Source: Chrysomallon squamiferum
Taxonomy: Eukaryota; Animalia; Mollusca
Reading direction: 5' to 3'
Assembly (NCBI GenBank): GCA_012295275.1
Contig: CM022677.1
Coordinates: 19,592,001-19,656,000, forward strand
Length of the DNA stretch: 64,000 nucleotides
The notes below the pieces were generated by a model. That model was not told the origin of the DNA. It saw only the letters and a program-made list of their open reading frames with translations, and made no database searches. Below, piece by piece: positions 1 through 13,227 of the stretch. The position numbers were made by a program, and so were the translations under genes. Every line of letters begins with the position of its first letter. Within the stretch, counting starts at the first letter, position 1.

Positions 1-109
1 GCATGGGGGATGTCAGACATGCATACATGCACTACAATTAAAAAGACAAGTGCACTATGATGATACAATCTTATGTATTTATATACAGAGTACCTCAAAT
101 CAACATTAT

Positions 110-412
110 TTAATTATTGTTATTAATGATGTTATTTTTGTAATTATTATTATTATTATTATTATTGTTATTGTTGTTATTGTTACAATTGTTTTTTTTT
201 TGCTATTATTGATATTATTATTACTATTATTACTACTATTATTTTTACAATTACTATTGATTATTATGATTATCATTATTAATATTATAAATGATTACTA
301 TTATAATGATTACTGTTATTACTATTATTATTTATACTATTATTGTTGTTATTGTTACTATTATTATGATTATTATTATTATTATTGTTACTATTATTAT
401 TACTATTATTAC

Positions 413-457
<45 letters not shown>

Positions 458-500
458 TACTATTATTACTATTATTACTATTATAATTATTATTATTATG

Positions 501-555
<55 letters not shown>
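110..555. repeat. (TTA/CTA)n trinucleotide microsatellite in a CPEB intron
   Basis: Visible tattattat runs; source of the poly-Y/N/I ORFs. Confidence 0.9.
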
Positions 556-556
<1 letters not shown>

Positions 557-577
557 ATTTATTTCTTTTGTTTCCAG

Positions 578-779
578 TGAGTTGAACTACTCGGCTGATT
601 CCTCGCTGTACTCGTTCGGGAGTCCTATGAGTGAGGCAACACTCTCGCCCATGGAGAAGATCATCTACTCCACCCTGCTGAACCGCCCCACCCAGCCCGC
701 CCGCACCCCATCCCCCTGTGACTCGAACACGAGCGGGTTCGCTAGCGATGGCTCAGAATCTGTGCTGGCAGACATGATG
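578..779 (+). CDS. CPEB1: CPEB exon, Ser/Pro-rich N-terminal region
   Basis: tttccag|TGAG acceptor and ATGATG|gtaaat donor; GC-rich island encoding [27 protein letters not shown]...[19 protein letters not shown]. Confidence 0.85.
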
Positions 780-3700
780 GTAAATTATTTAACTGTTTCA
801 GCAGGAATCTGTTTTATGTCAGTACCGTTTCATTCCTTTTTTACATTTTTCCTTTCAGTCTTGAATTATGTTTTTGTCGGTATTGTTTCATTCCTTTTTT
901 CTCTTTTTTCTTTTCATTCTTGAATTGTGTTTCAGCAGGATCTGTTTTTTGTCAGTACCATTTTTCTCGTTTTTCTTTTTATTCTTGAATTGTTTCAGAA
1001 GGAATTTGTTTTTGTCAGTACCATTTCATTCCTTTTTACATTTTTCTTTTCATTCTTTTATTGCAAATCTTTCATTCTTTTGTTTCATTGTGTCATTCCT
1101 TTTTTACAGATGTGTATCCTCTTTTCTTTTCTTTCATTTTTTTTCCCCACTTTCATTCATTCATTCCATTTATTTTTACTTCATCTTTTATTTCGTTTTA
1201 TTCAGCCATCTCTCTGTTAGTTCCTTAATTTATTTTAATTTTATTCATTTGTTCTTTCTGTGCCTTTTCTTTTAGTCGTTTTATTCATTTATCCTTTTCA
1301 TTCATTCAGTTCATTTGCTCATTCCCTTATTTTCATTTTATTCATTCAGTCCTTTCATTTATTCATTCATTCAACCCTTTCCTTTCCTTCCTTTTTATTA
1401 ATTCATTGCCTTCATTCCTTCCTTTCCTTTACTCATCTGCCATCTTTCCCTTTCATTTCATTTCATTCATTCATCCTTCCATCCATCCACCCACCCATTC
1501 ATTCATCCATTCTTTCTTTCCAGTCTTCCATCAACCTTGGAGGCCGTGCACTGCGTCACCACTACAGCGCTGACCAGGCGACTCAGCCGTGTCCCGCCGT
1601 CTACTCGCCCACCGCAACGGCCAGCGATGGCGCACTGCTGCCGATGTCGAAGGACTCACAGCTGGAGCAGGCGTGGCACTCGCAGTCGATAAACCCCGTA
1701 CTGAACATGACGAATATCGACCCGTATGCCATAGACAGAGCCGCCAGACTGCACAGAAACGCAGCATGTACAAGTTTTTTTTAAAAAATTTTTAATTTTT
1801 ATTTTATTTTTAATTAATTTTTTTTTTTTTAATTTTTTTTTATTTAATTTTTATTTTAATTTTTTTTTTTTTATTTTTATTTAATTTTTTATTTTAATTA
1901 ATTTAAAATTTTGTTTTTGTTCTTTTTGAATTTTTTTTTAATTTTATTTAATTTTATGAATTTTTTAATTTTATAATTTAAAAATAATTTTTAATTTTTT
2001 TTTATTTCAACATTTTTTTTAGGCATTTATTATATTTTATTTTTTGTATATTCAAATGTTGTTCTTGTGTCTGTGTATATATATTTTATATGTATGTATG
2101 TATGTATGGCATGTATGTGAATGGATATGTGGATGCATGCATGGATGAATATTTTGCATTAATTTTATGAATTTAAAAAAGCATATTCATGTATTGCTCA
2201 TTCTCCCAATTTTTTTTTTTTTTTTTTTTTATACATTTGGTTATATTTTAATTGCATTACTTTTTTCTTTTATAAAAGTGAAACAAGTTGTGTGTTTGGG
2301 TGTTGCACCCAGACTGATGAAGAATATCCCTATCCTGTGGTGTTTCTGGGTGGGTCCCCTGGGATGGATGTGTGGATATGTTTTTTTTTTTTTTTTTTTT
2401 TTGAATTTTGTTATAATTTTGTATCTGAATTTCACTGGAACATCAACCATTGTGTGCTATTTTTCTTGAAAATTATATTTTCCCAAAATTGTATCTTTTT
2501 TTTTTTTCTTAGATTTCTATGGACATACTTTTAAGATACTTGAATTAATTTATTCAAAATTTGTTAGAAACTCTTTATCTTTCCAGCTGTTGGGGTAAGT
2601 GGAACAACACTGAAGGTGGGTCTGTTATTTTTTAAAATTTTGGAGAAATTGTGCATCTAAATTTATTATTTATTGATTTATTTTATTTTATTTTTTGAGA
2701 TAGGTGCATCTGATTGGTTAATTACTGGGACTGCTGCATTTTCATTGAAGGTGGTTGTCTTGTTTTTTTTGGTATCCTGAAAAACAAAAAGTTTTTTTTT
2801 TATTTTAAACATTTTGTTAGTTTACATTTTGTAAACTTGTACTGTTTACTTTTCGTCTGGGAAATTCAGGTATTTTTTTATTTTTTATTTTTTTTTTATT
2901 TTTTTTTTTTTTTTTTTTTATTTTAAAATTTATTTTGTTCGGGGATTCATATAATCAGTGGTCTCCAGAACATTTGTGAAAGGGATAGGCTGGAACCAAT
3001 GTAACTGGTGCTAGTTAAACAAAAGGGATGGTACAGAAAATGTTCAGGGTACAAGTATTTTGAACAATATTCAAACTAAATAAACTGGTGGTGGATGTTG
3101 CTGCAGTTGCTGATGATGATGGGTGAACTTGTCACAAACCTGTAAATGATAGCATGCCCACCATTTCTCACAGTATGTAGCGAAACCTCTGTATATATAT
3201 TCTTGTATTATATTTTTTACATTTGTCTAAAGGCTTATTTCACTGTATGATATATTCCGTATGATATATTCCGTATGATATATTCTGTATGATATATTCT
3301 GTATGATATATTCTGTATTATTTATTTTATTCATTTCTTTTTTTAAAGCTGGTTTGCAAGCTGCTTTCAGCAAGTTTGGATCTCTGAGAATTGAGTGGCC
3401 TGGAAAAGACGGTAAGGCTGTGTTTTCAAATTACATAACCAGATTTAATTTAATATTAAAATTTTAAAAAATATTTTATATTTGAGTCTGTTCCTCTAAT
3501 ATGTTTAGCAGACTCTCTAAAATTTGAGTATTTATAAGAGATTCTTTTTGTTTCTTGTGGTATAAAGTATTATGACAGCCTGGAAACAAGCAAAAATAGT
3601 TTAAATTTTTTTTTTTTTTTTTTTTTAATATATATATATATATATATATTTAAAGTTGTAACTTGTCAAAGTAGGTTATTGTTACTATATGAAGCCAAAA

Positions 3701-5455
3701 ATGATTCTTATTGTTTCTTACTGTACATGGGTTGGTTGTATCGTGTTGGCCTAAAAATGACTAAACCTGCAATTAAAATGTTTTGTGTATTGTGTATACA
3801 TGTATTTATTTAAGGTGATGACTTTATAAATCTTGATATTGTTACTACATAAATGTTTTTAAAATACTAATGTAATAAAAAAAAAAAACATGTTGAGAAT
3901 CCTTTATCTGAAATAGGTGGGAACCAAGGAATTTCTGATTTTTAGAATTTATCAAGATTTTTTGGAATACAAGGAGACAGCCTGCCATCAGGGTCCAACT
4001 CTGAATAAGATTTCTGTTTATATTGTGTACAGGACTTGTACGAACAACTTGCAGAATTTTATATATAATAATACTTAATGATTTTGTACATAAAAATGAA
4101 GACAGTATATGCCAAAACAACCTGAAAACTGAAAGATACAACTGTTTAAAATTTCGGATATTGGAGCTTCTTGAAATTCAGATAACAGATCCATATAACA
4201 GATTATTTTATTGTCGTTACAGTTACTCTTACTAGCGTTATTGGCTACTGTTACTATTATTTCTGCTGCAAAGTTTTAACACAACTATTGCTTTCATTAG
4301 CACCATTTTGTTTAATGTTCCTCTTACTTGTTAAAGCATTATTGTCATTTCAGATTATTATTATTACCTGTTGTTAATGTTGCTATGATTTGTTATAAAA
4401 TTATTTATTAATAAAGAAATTTAAATCTTTTTTTTTTTTCCCAGGTTACGTCTACTTGATTTTCGACAACGAGAAATCCGTTCGACCTCTCTTGCAGGCC
4501 TGTACACATGACTTCACCAATGGCAACTACTACTACAAGATATCCAGTCGCAGAATGAGATCAAAGGAGGTGTGTAGGACACTATCTATATTAGTCATTG
4601 ATGTTCACAATATTAACAGAGCAGGCTGTATGTTATGGTTACATGTGAGATACAGTGAATATATAACGTGTGTGTGTGTGTGTGTTATATGTAAATGTTT
4701 TATTCTGTAACGTATGATAACTGTTATCTGTTTGTCTTTTTCTGCTCTATGGTTCATACTGTCTCATTGTCTTTTTCTTTATTTGACAATCTATCTATTT
4801 ATCTAGCTGTAAGATGTAATTAGACAATTCTGTTATGGCAGCCTGATTATAATCGGTGAAAATGTCTTTTCCCATTTTTGTTTTTTAAAACTATGAGAAG
4901 GTATACAAATAGAATCAATTTTGCTAATTTATTTGTAATTTGTATAAATGGCCTTCTTTGTTCTTTAGTAATATCAGTCGTTGCAATAGACATTAATATA
5001 ATATAGCTGTTATTTCAAAAAAATTTGAATTTCTAGGTGTGTGTGTGTTTGATTTATTCTGTAGCATGATACTGTTTCTTTCTCCATCTCATTCTGTTTT
5101 TTTTTTTTTGTGTGTGTCTGTGTTTCTGTTTGTCTGTGTGTTGTTGTTGTTGCTCTTTAATTTCCGCCAGGCAAATACAATAAAAAATTCTGTTAAGCCT
5201 GCTTGGCTGCTTGACTACTTTCAACAATCATTGCTCATTTTACTTTTCTACCTGTGAGAAGGTGCCAAGAAACAATACATTTTGCTAATTTGAATAATAA
5301 TCAGTAATCAGCCGTCACTTGTTACAATTAGGTTCGAGTATAATAACTGTAACAATCATTAATGCGTCATATTCTTAAGCTTTTAGTTTAAGAAATTGGC
5401 TCAGAATCATTTCTTTACTTTTATATATATGTGTGTGTGTTTGTATGTATATATA

Positions 5456-5511
<56 letters not shown>

Positions 5512-5645
5512 GTATATGTGTATATTAAATTTTTAAATTTGTTTTGTGTGTATATGTGTATGTCATGTATGTATAAATATATAACTATATGTATATATAT
5601 GTATATGTATATGTGTATATATATATGTATATATATATACATATG

Positions 5646-5680
<35 letters not shown>

Positions 5681-6326
5681 TGTTGTGTATATATATATAT
5701 ATATATATATGTGTGTATGTATGTATATATGTGTGTGTGTATATATATATATATATATAATTTTAATTAAAAATGAACGACTTCATTGAAAAATGTAAAA
5801 CTACAGGTACAAGTGATCCCCTGGGTTCCCCGACAAATACAAGAATCCCATCGGTGGTCTGGACTAAAACAAAACCATCTTTATGATTTTGCACGAATGA
5901 TTTTTGTGTCTGTGGATTGTCATGAACGTTTGGACACGCCGTGTGTTTGTCTGTGTGTCTCTGTGTGTGTGTTTCCCATTGGTGGGTATAATTTAAAAAC
6001 ATCAGTGGGTGTAACTGTATCCCATTGGTGGGTGTAAATGAAACAAATCTTTTTTATTGATTTTTGAAATTTTTGAGTCTGTGGATTGTCTGTGTATGGT
6101 GTGTGTATTTGTCTGTGTATGCATGTGTGTGTGTGTGTGTGTGTATGGTATATGATGGTGTGTGTTTTGTCCGTTTTGTAATTTGGTATATACATGTATT
6201 TGTGCGTCTGTGAAATCTATTTTATTATATTAGCTTCTCCACTTCTCTTGTAATTTCCTTTAGTAATTCTTGTTTATCCGTCTGCACGCATTCATGCATA
6301 GAACTTACCCACTCGCATAAAAATGC

Positions 6327-6368
<42 letters not shown>

Positions 6369-8182
6369 CAGTTTTATAATACAGGACTGTAAAGATACAT
6401 TCAGCAAGATACGAAAAACTATGACACTCGTAACACTTTCACTCTCTAAACTCACTCTTTCTACCTCACTTGCTCACCACTCACAACGCTCACACTTGCT
6501 CACTCTGTAGTTTTGTCTTGCAGGGTCTGGAAGAGTCACATTCAGTACAAAGAAAAGCTACATGAAGGCTGTGCAGGCTGCTTTCATTGAAATCAAAACT
6601 CCCAAGTTCACCAAAAAGGTGACCACTGTTATTTTTATTGTTATTGTTATTGTTATTTTGATTATTTTTATTTTTGTTATTGTATTATTATTTTTGTTTG
6701 TTTTTTTTTTTTTTTTTTTTTTTTTGTATTATTATTTTTATTTTTGTATTGTATTGTATTGTATTGTATTGTATTGTATTTCTAGTCACATTTTGTTCTG
6801 CTTTGCTCAGTTCTCTGAAACCAGGTTTTGTTCTTCGTACTCTGACTGCAGTTTCTGTTGTCGTAGTTGTTGTGCAGTCATTGCAGTAGTTCAGTTGTTG
6901 TTGTTTATCTGCCTCATTTATGTGCATCTAACTTTTTGTCCTTTTCTTGCTTTTGATCTGTTGATAGACAGATGATTTCTTTTGCATTTCAGATTCAAGT
7001 AGATAAATACAGATAGGTTATTTTGTAACTTGCAGGCTTCAATCAAGTAAATAGATAGATCATTGATTTTTTTTTTTTTTTTTTTAAATTTCAGATTTTA
7101 GAAATGAAAATTTCAGATTCAAGTGGATAAACAGATATCTGGAATATTTTTTAAAATTTCGAATTGAAGAAGTGAATAGAAATTCATTGTTTCAGAATCA
7201 AGTGAATAAATAAATACAGATAGCTAGAATATTTTTAAAATTTCAGATTGAAGTGAACAGAAATTTTGTTTTTATTTCAGATTCAAGTCGATATATAAAT
7301 ACAGATAGAATATTTTTCTAAATTTCAGATTCAAATAATTAAATACATTTTTTGTTTTTCAATTTCAGATTGAAGTGAATAGAAATTGTTTTTCATTCAG
7401 ATTCAAGTGGATATATAAATGCATAAAGAATATTTTTAAAAATTTCAAACTGAAGTGAATAAAAATTATTATATTATTTTAGATTCAAGTGGATAAACAA
7501 ATACAGCTAGAATATTTTTTTTAAATTTCAGACTGAAGTGAAATTATTTTGTTTTTATTTCAGATTCAAGTGGATATATAAATGCAGATAGCTAGAATAT
7601 ATTTTAAATTTCAGACCGAAGTGAACAGAAATTATCTTGTTTTTTCTTTTTTTATTTCAGATTCAAGTGGATAGACAGAATATTTTTAAAAATTTCAGAT
7701 TGAAGTGAATATCTTGTTTTTATTTCAGATTCAAGTGAATAAATAAATACAGATAGCTGGAATATTTTTTTAAATTTCAGACTGAAGTGAACAGAATTAA
7801 TATTGGTTTTTTTATTTCAGATTCAAGTGGATAAACAAATAGATAGAATCATTTTTTCTAAATTTCAGACTGAAGTGAATTTAAATTGTTTTTATTTCAG
7901 ATTCAAGTGGATAAACAAATATAGACAGCTAGAACATTTTTTCTAAATTTCAGACTGAAGTGAATTTATCTTGTTGTTTTTTTGTTTCAGATTCAAGTGG
8001 ACCCGTACCTGGAGGACGCAATCTGCTCTCTGTGCAGTATTCAGCAAGGCCCGTACTTCTGTCGTGAGCTGCAGTGCTTCAAGTACTTCTGTCGCTCGTG
8101 TTGGTACTGGCAGCACGCTCTGGACACCATGAGGCACCACAAACCCTTGACGCGCAACACCAAGAACGTCACCCCACTTTGA
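578..8182 (+). CDS. CPEB1: Cytoplasmic polyadenylation element-binding protein, CPEB1/orb subfamily (5'-incomplete multi-exon gene)
   Basis: Exons 578-779, 1524-~1767, ~2290-2370 (garbled), 3349-3411, 4445-4569, 5807-~5981/6027 (garbled), 6524-6618, 7991-8182. Translated motifs: [30 protein letters not shown] (RRM1), [27 protein letters not shown] (RRM2), [31 protein letters not shown]......HKP (ZZ finger). Confidence 0.95.
795..1050 (+). repeat. Intronic degenerate tandem repeat, ~65 bp unit, about 4 copies
   Basis: Recurrent tttcagcagga.tctgttt..gtcagtacc.ttt.cattccttttt...tcttgaatt. Confidence 0.65.
1524..1767 (+). CDS. CPEB1: CPEB exon ending in [16 protein letters not shown]
   Basis: tttccag acceptor at phase 0; conserved CPEB1 pre-RRM motif. 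The donor (gtacaa) is weak, so the end is approximate. Confidence 0.85.
3246..3318 (+). repeat. 14-bp minisatellite (GTATGATATATTCY) x5
   Basis: Directly visible tandem units. Confidence 0.85.
3349..3411 (+). CDS. CPEB1: CPEB RRM1 exon ([20 protein letters not shown])
   Basis: aag|CT acceptor and G|gtaagg donor; phases match the next exon. Confidence 0.9.
4445..4569 (+). CDS. CPEB1: CPEB RRM1 exon ([20 protein letters not shown]...SRRMRSKE)
   Basis: ccag|GT acceptor and GAG|gtgtgt donor; RNP1-like GYVYLIF. Confidence 0.93.
6524..6618 (+). CDS. CPEB1: CPEB RRM2 exon ([32 protein letters not shown])
   Basis: tgcag|GG acceptor and AAG|gtgacc donor; diagnostic CPEB1 sequence. Confidence 0.95.
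6985..7990 (+). repeat. Tandem array of CPEB splice-acceptor copies (TTTCAG|ATTCAAGTGGA alternating with TTTCAG|AYTGAAGTGAA, ~80-85 bp dimer)
   Basis: About two dozen T-rich+CAG units, about half followed by a near-exact copy of the first 11 nt of the true exon at 7991. Confidence 0.9.
7991..8182 (+). CDS. CPEB1: CPEB last coding exon, ZZ-type zinc finger
   Basis: tttcag|ATTCAAGTGGACCCG acceptor; Cys/His pattern of the CPEB ZZ finger; TGA at 8180-8182. Confidence 0.95.
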   Translation: MQVDPYLEDAICSLCSIQQGPYFCRELQCFKYFCRSCWYWQHALDTMRHHKPLTRNTKNVTPL

Positions 8183-10533
8183 AATGACTTGACACTCCTT
8201 CCTGACTGTGGAACGAACCTCTGGTAAGTCGAAGAATATTTTAATGGTTAGAATTTACACGAGAAACTCCCATCTCCCAGAATCCTTCCTATAATGGTGA
8301 GTTGAATTTTTAATTTTTTTTTTTTATTTTAGAAGTTATGTGATTTGATTATGCTGCCATTTTTAATCTTTGCTTGAAATTTTAGGTTAAAATTTTTTAA
8401 TTTTTTAATTTTTTTTATTTATTATGGTTTAGGAGTCAAAATCAGGACTTCGTGTCCCTAGACTCTCTCCTAAAATGGTGAAATTTTATTACGAATTTGA
8501 AGTAAGATGATTATGTTCCACTGTTAGATCTTTCCTGAAATATTTCATAGAATTTTTTTTATTTTGTTTTTTAAATTTTTATTATGGTTTAAAGTAATAA
8601 AATTCCTCCTCCCTGCTTTGAAATTCTCCTTAAATGGTAAGTCACATATTAAGTCAGTGCCCTTTTCAGTCTTTCCTGATACATTAAAATATAAAATGTT
8701 ACATTGTGATGGTTTGGAAGTAAAAATGAGAACTTCAGACACCTGCAACATCTCCTGACATGACAAGCTGCATTCATTTGGAAGCAGACGGATTCCACTG
8801 CCATCTTGAATCCATCACATAATTGCAAATTAATGTTTTGTTGCGCTTGATAATTTAGATAGCTCCTAACCCAGGATTTGTTTACAAAAATGTTAAGTCA
8901 CATATTTTGCCAGGGTTAAGTAGATAATTCAACTGCTCGCATAACTTTTCCTATGATTGTAAGTACAATAAAATATTTATTTATTTAATTTGTGCATTTA
9001 TTTTGCCATGGTTAAGTAGATAATAAAACTGCTCACATACTTTTCCTATAAAATATTTATTTAATTTGTGCATTTATTTTAATTTCCAGATGCTATACAC
9101 CCAAGTGCTGTTTATTAACAAGGTGCTGTTTGAAAAAAAAAAATAATGTAAATAATTTTGTTACATTTTTATTATCATTTATTTCCTTTTTACAATTTCT
9201 ATTTGGGACTTAAACTGACAGTGCTATTTGCAATGATCCATTTTCTTTGAAGTTTAGATACTATTGTAATACAAATACATATTTTTTATTATATTTTATA
9301 TATATATATTTTTTAAAATAATTATAGCAATGACAGAGAAATGTAAGATGGTCAGTTTAATTTTTGTATCAGAAAAGATCTGATAAAACATTTTCCATTT
9401 TCTTTTTTTTTTTTCATATGTTTGTGTAAAATGTAAATTTATGCTACAATAATTTCTGTTGTACAGAAATTACTTTTGCCATTTTAATATGATAAAATTA
9501 ACAATAAATACAAATTATTTGTTAGCTTCCAATGTTGGTCTACATGATCTGGGTTTTATTTTCATTATTTTCTTTAAGTAATGTTTATTTTTTCAATATT
9601 CAAAAGTTTCTGTCGTATTTCATGGCAAAAGTTAATGATGATACCATTTATTCAACATTTTCATTCATGAGGTTCTTTGTTTTCTCTTTTGAAAATTGTT
9701 TTGATTCAAAAATGTATGTCATGTGCATAAATAATTTTTGTACTAGTTCATAAAAGTGTTAACATACTACACTTTGAACTAGTATACTTTTTTTTAAATT
9801 TATATTTAACATTAAGTAAACTTTAAAACAAATACAAGTGAAATTTGATTCTTATTTTGTCTCTTATTTTTGTTTTTTGTTCAAAAACAAGGCAAAACTT
9901 GGCATATTCTTAATTTGAGGTTGTTTGACATTTTCATATAATTCACTTTTTTGTTCTCGTTAAACTTTTTTTTTTTTCTTAATGCACATTTTTTGGTGTA
10001 TCAGTTTTATGCCTACTTCATGCACTATAGATATATATATATTTTTTTTTAATGTTGCCTTTGTTCACTTGTTTGTTTTGAAATTGTAAAAATCCACAAC
10101 TCAAATCTTAAAATGGTAAAATTATAATCTTTATTTTAATATTTATCTTGGCTCTTTATACAACAGGTACCCCTAATTATAAAACTTTTTATATTTAAAT
10201 TATTTTGTTTTTCGTTTTTTAAATCCAAATACTGTTGATCGGATATAACTTTTTAATGAACTCGACATTCACAGAACACATCAAATTATATTGTAGATAA
10301 TCATACAACATTTTAAACATTTTTTTTTTTTTTTTTTTTTTTAAAAAAAAGATAGCCAACAAATTGAAAAAAAAAAAAAAAGAATATTAAATTTTAATCT
10401 TGTTTCAAATTGATTCCTGAAATTATAATTTTTTTTAAAAATGGTTTATGTATGTTTTCAATTTTTAAAATGTTCTCCTTTATGCTGATTTAAAACATCT
10501 AAAAACCAAAAAAAAAAATGAAATGCTGATTTT

Positions 10534-10569
<36 letters not shown>

Positions 10570-12614
10570 GTAACTTTGGAAAAATAATCTTTTAGCTGCT
10601 GCTTTTCATAGGTTTTAATTTTGAAATATAATTGTATGGCCTGATTTAGTTACAAACATTTTTATTGAGTCATTTTTGGTAATTATAACAACAAACTTTT
10701 AAAATCATTTACATGTATCTCAGGCTTCCTTTATCAGAAACAAAATTAATAAAAATTATCAACACGCATGCACACTCACACACACACACACACACACACA
10801 AAATTATTTGTAAAGATATTTGTGTTTTTGTTACAGATTTTCTTTTTTTTTTTTTTTTAAGATAATTAGTTTACAATTTATTTAGATTTTGTACTTGTTA
10901 ATGTTTTCAAAAAAATTGTTAATTAGCTTTGTTTTCAGCTTTTAAAAACAATTTTAACATTATCTTTCTTTTTTGTTTTTCATTTCATATTTTATTATTT
11001 AACATTTTATTATTCATTAGTCATTCTTCAGGTAATGACAAATTAAATGGCTATATTTTGTGAAATAATTTTAATTATTTGTAACATAACTTTTCCTTTT
11101 TTTTTAAAATTAGAACACACACAAACACACACACTCACACACACAAACACAAACATCTATACACAGGCACTTACAAATCTGTTTTAGTTTGTGTAGATAA
11201 AAAAAAAAAAAAAAAAGGTTTTAAAATATTTTTATTGCTTATTTATTTTCATTTACGTCACAATTTGCAAAGATAAGAATTGTGAACATTCTGAATAAAA
11301 TTTATTAACCAGGCATAAAATATGCTATTTTGTTAAAAACCTTTTTAGAGTTATTTAATGGAGAAAATTTAAATGATTTTATTAGTTACCATAGTTTAAT
11401 CAGATTTCTAGAGATAACTGAAATGTTTTGTAATCTTGTGATTTTTAATTTTTTCCCCGAAATATTTTTTTTAATTTTTAACCCATGCAAACAATCATTT
11501 TCATTTTTTCAAGTTAATTTCTAGTATTTACATAATTTTAAAAACAAACCTAGAATTATAACAATAAATCAGTTTTAACTTGCCTGTACGTTTCAGACCT
11601 TTTAAAGACATTAAAGAAAAAAAAACACCTTAAATTTTTAGGTATATCCACATCTAAATTATAAGAATTTTAAACAAAAATCATTGTGAAACTCCATCAG
11701 TGCTAGAATCGGATTTCTTTCTTAATTTTTTTTAACGTTTTAAAACATTTTTTTAAATCTGTTAATCTTGATTTTTCTTAAAGTATTCAAAAAAAAAAAA
11801 AAAAATAAAAAAAAATGATAAACAAGCATAACTACTGTAAATTCAAGAGTTTTACCTGTTTGTAAAATTGAATACTGTATAAAAATAAAATCCCAGTAAC
11901 TTCATTACATTTTTAAATGCAGAAAAATGTAACGTTACAGTACTGAATCCATAAACTTGATAAAAAACGGAGAAAACACAAAAACTTATTAATTTTTTTA
12001 CAATTGATAAATTGCACTTTTGATATTTTTGTTGCACCTTTGTATGTGTGTGAAGCTTGTAAATTGTTTAATGTCATAAAATTAGTGCTTGAAATGGTTC
12101 TGAAATAATAATAAATATTCTCCATCCAGAAATTGGAAGAATTGAACTTACAATAACTTCGGTATAATTTTAAAAAGTTGAAGGAAATGAAAACGTTTTT
12201 TGAAGGTACTTTTATCATGTGTATGTTTTGCTTTTTTTACTTGCAAATCATTTTTCTTTTCGTATTTTTATGTAAGCACATTTTTTGCGGTGGTGGTAAT
12301 AAACAAAAAAAAAAAAAAAAAAAAAAAAAATTGTTTAATTTTATGATCATATTAATTCAGTTCATTTTAATTATTTGTCTGTTCAGCAAGTTGGAAAAAA
12401 AAAAAATTTAACAAAATTGTCACTTATTTTTTCTTTCGTTTAATAAAAACATTTTTCAAAACAGTTTGTTGCGATTTTACATGATGGCGAATCGATGGGA
12501 GTTACTTCCCTTTACATTTAATCTATTCAGTGTCTTTGGATGACGTTTTTTGCAGTGACTTCGCAAATGTTTGGGGTTTTATATATGAATCTCAAAAAAT
12601 AGTAAAATACAGAT

Positions 12615-12685
<71 letters not shown>

Positions 12686-13190
12686 ATAAAAAAACAATAC
12701 TATTATTAATATTAAAAACAAGCCAACAAACACAAATTCTCTCTATCATTTGATTATCGATAGTGTTTTGCTAATTCAGTCTTGAAATGTTAATTCATTC
12801 TAATGTGTTATGTTTGCGATGAATATGGTCTAGTGATAGGCCTGTATGATAATTACATACTTCACTTAATAGAACGTCTCTCTGTCTCTCTCTCTGTGTG
12901 TGTGTGTGTGTGTGTGTGTGTCTGTGTGTGTGTGTGAGAGAGAGATAGAATTGAATTTTTTCCTATATGCATCTTCTGCCAAATTTAATAGCATTTAACG
13001 AAATATTAATAAATTATTTCTTACAATGCAGTTGAATAACGGTCAACTGTCTGGCGTTGTTGTTGAGAGCACGTGTTTTCCCACGAACAGAATTTCGAAA
13101 TATTAAAAAATGAAAGAAATTACAACATTGTCGACAGAAGAAAGTTCAACTATTTAGCACTGTTTCCTGTGTTGAATAGACGCGTCCATC

Positions 13191-13227
<37 letters not shown>

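Noticed and set aside
285-557. Poly-Asn ORF suggestive of a CPEB prion-like domain
   Set aside because: It is on the opposite strand and is simply an intronic (TTA)n microsatellite
6985-7990. CRISPR-like repeat-spacer appearance
   Set aside because: The spacers are homologous to each other, the context is a eukaryotic intron and there are no cas genes
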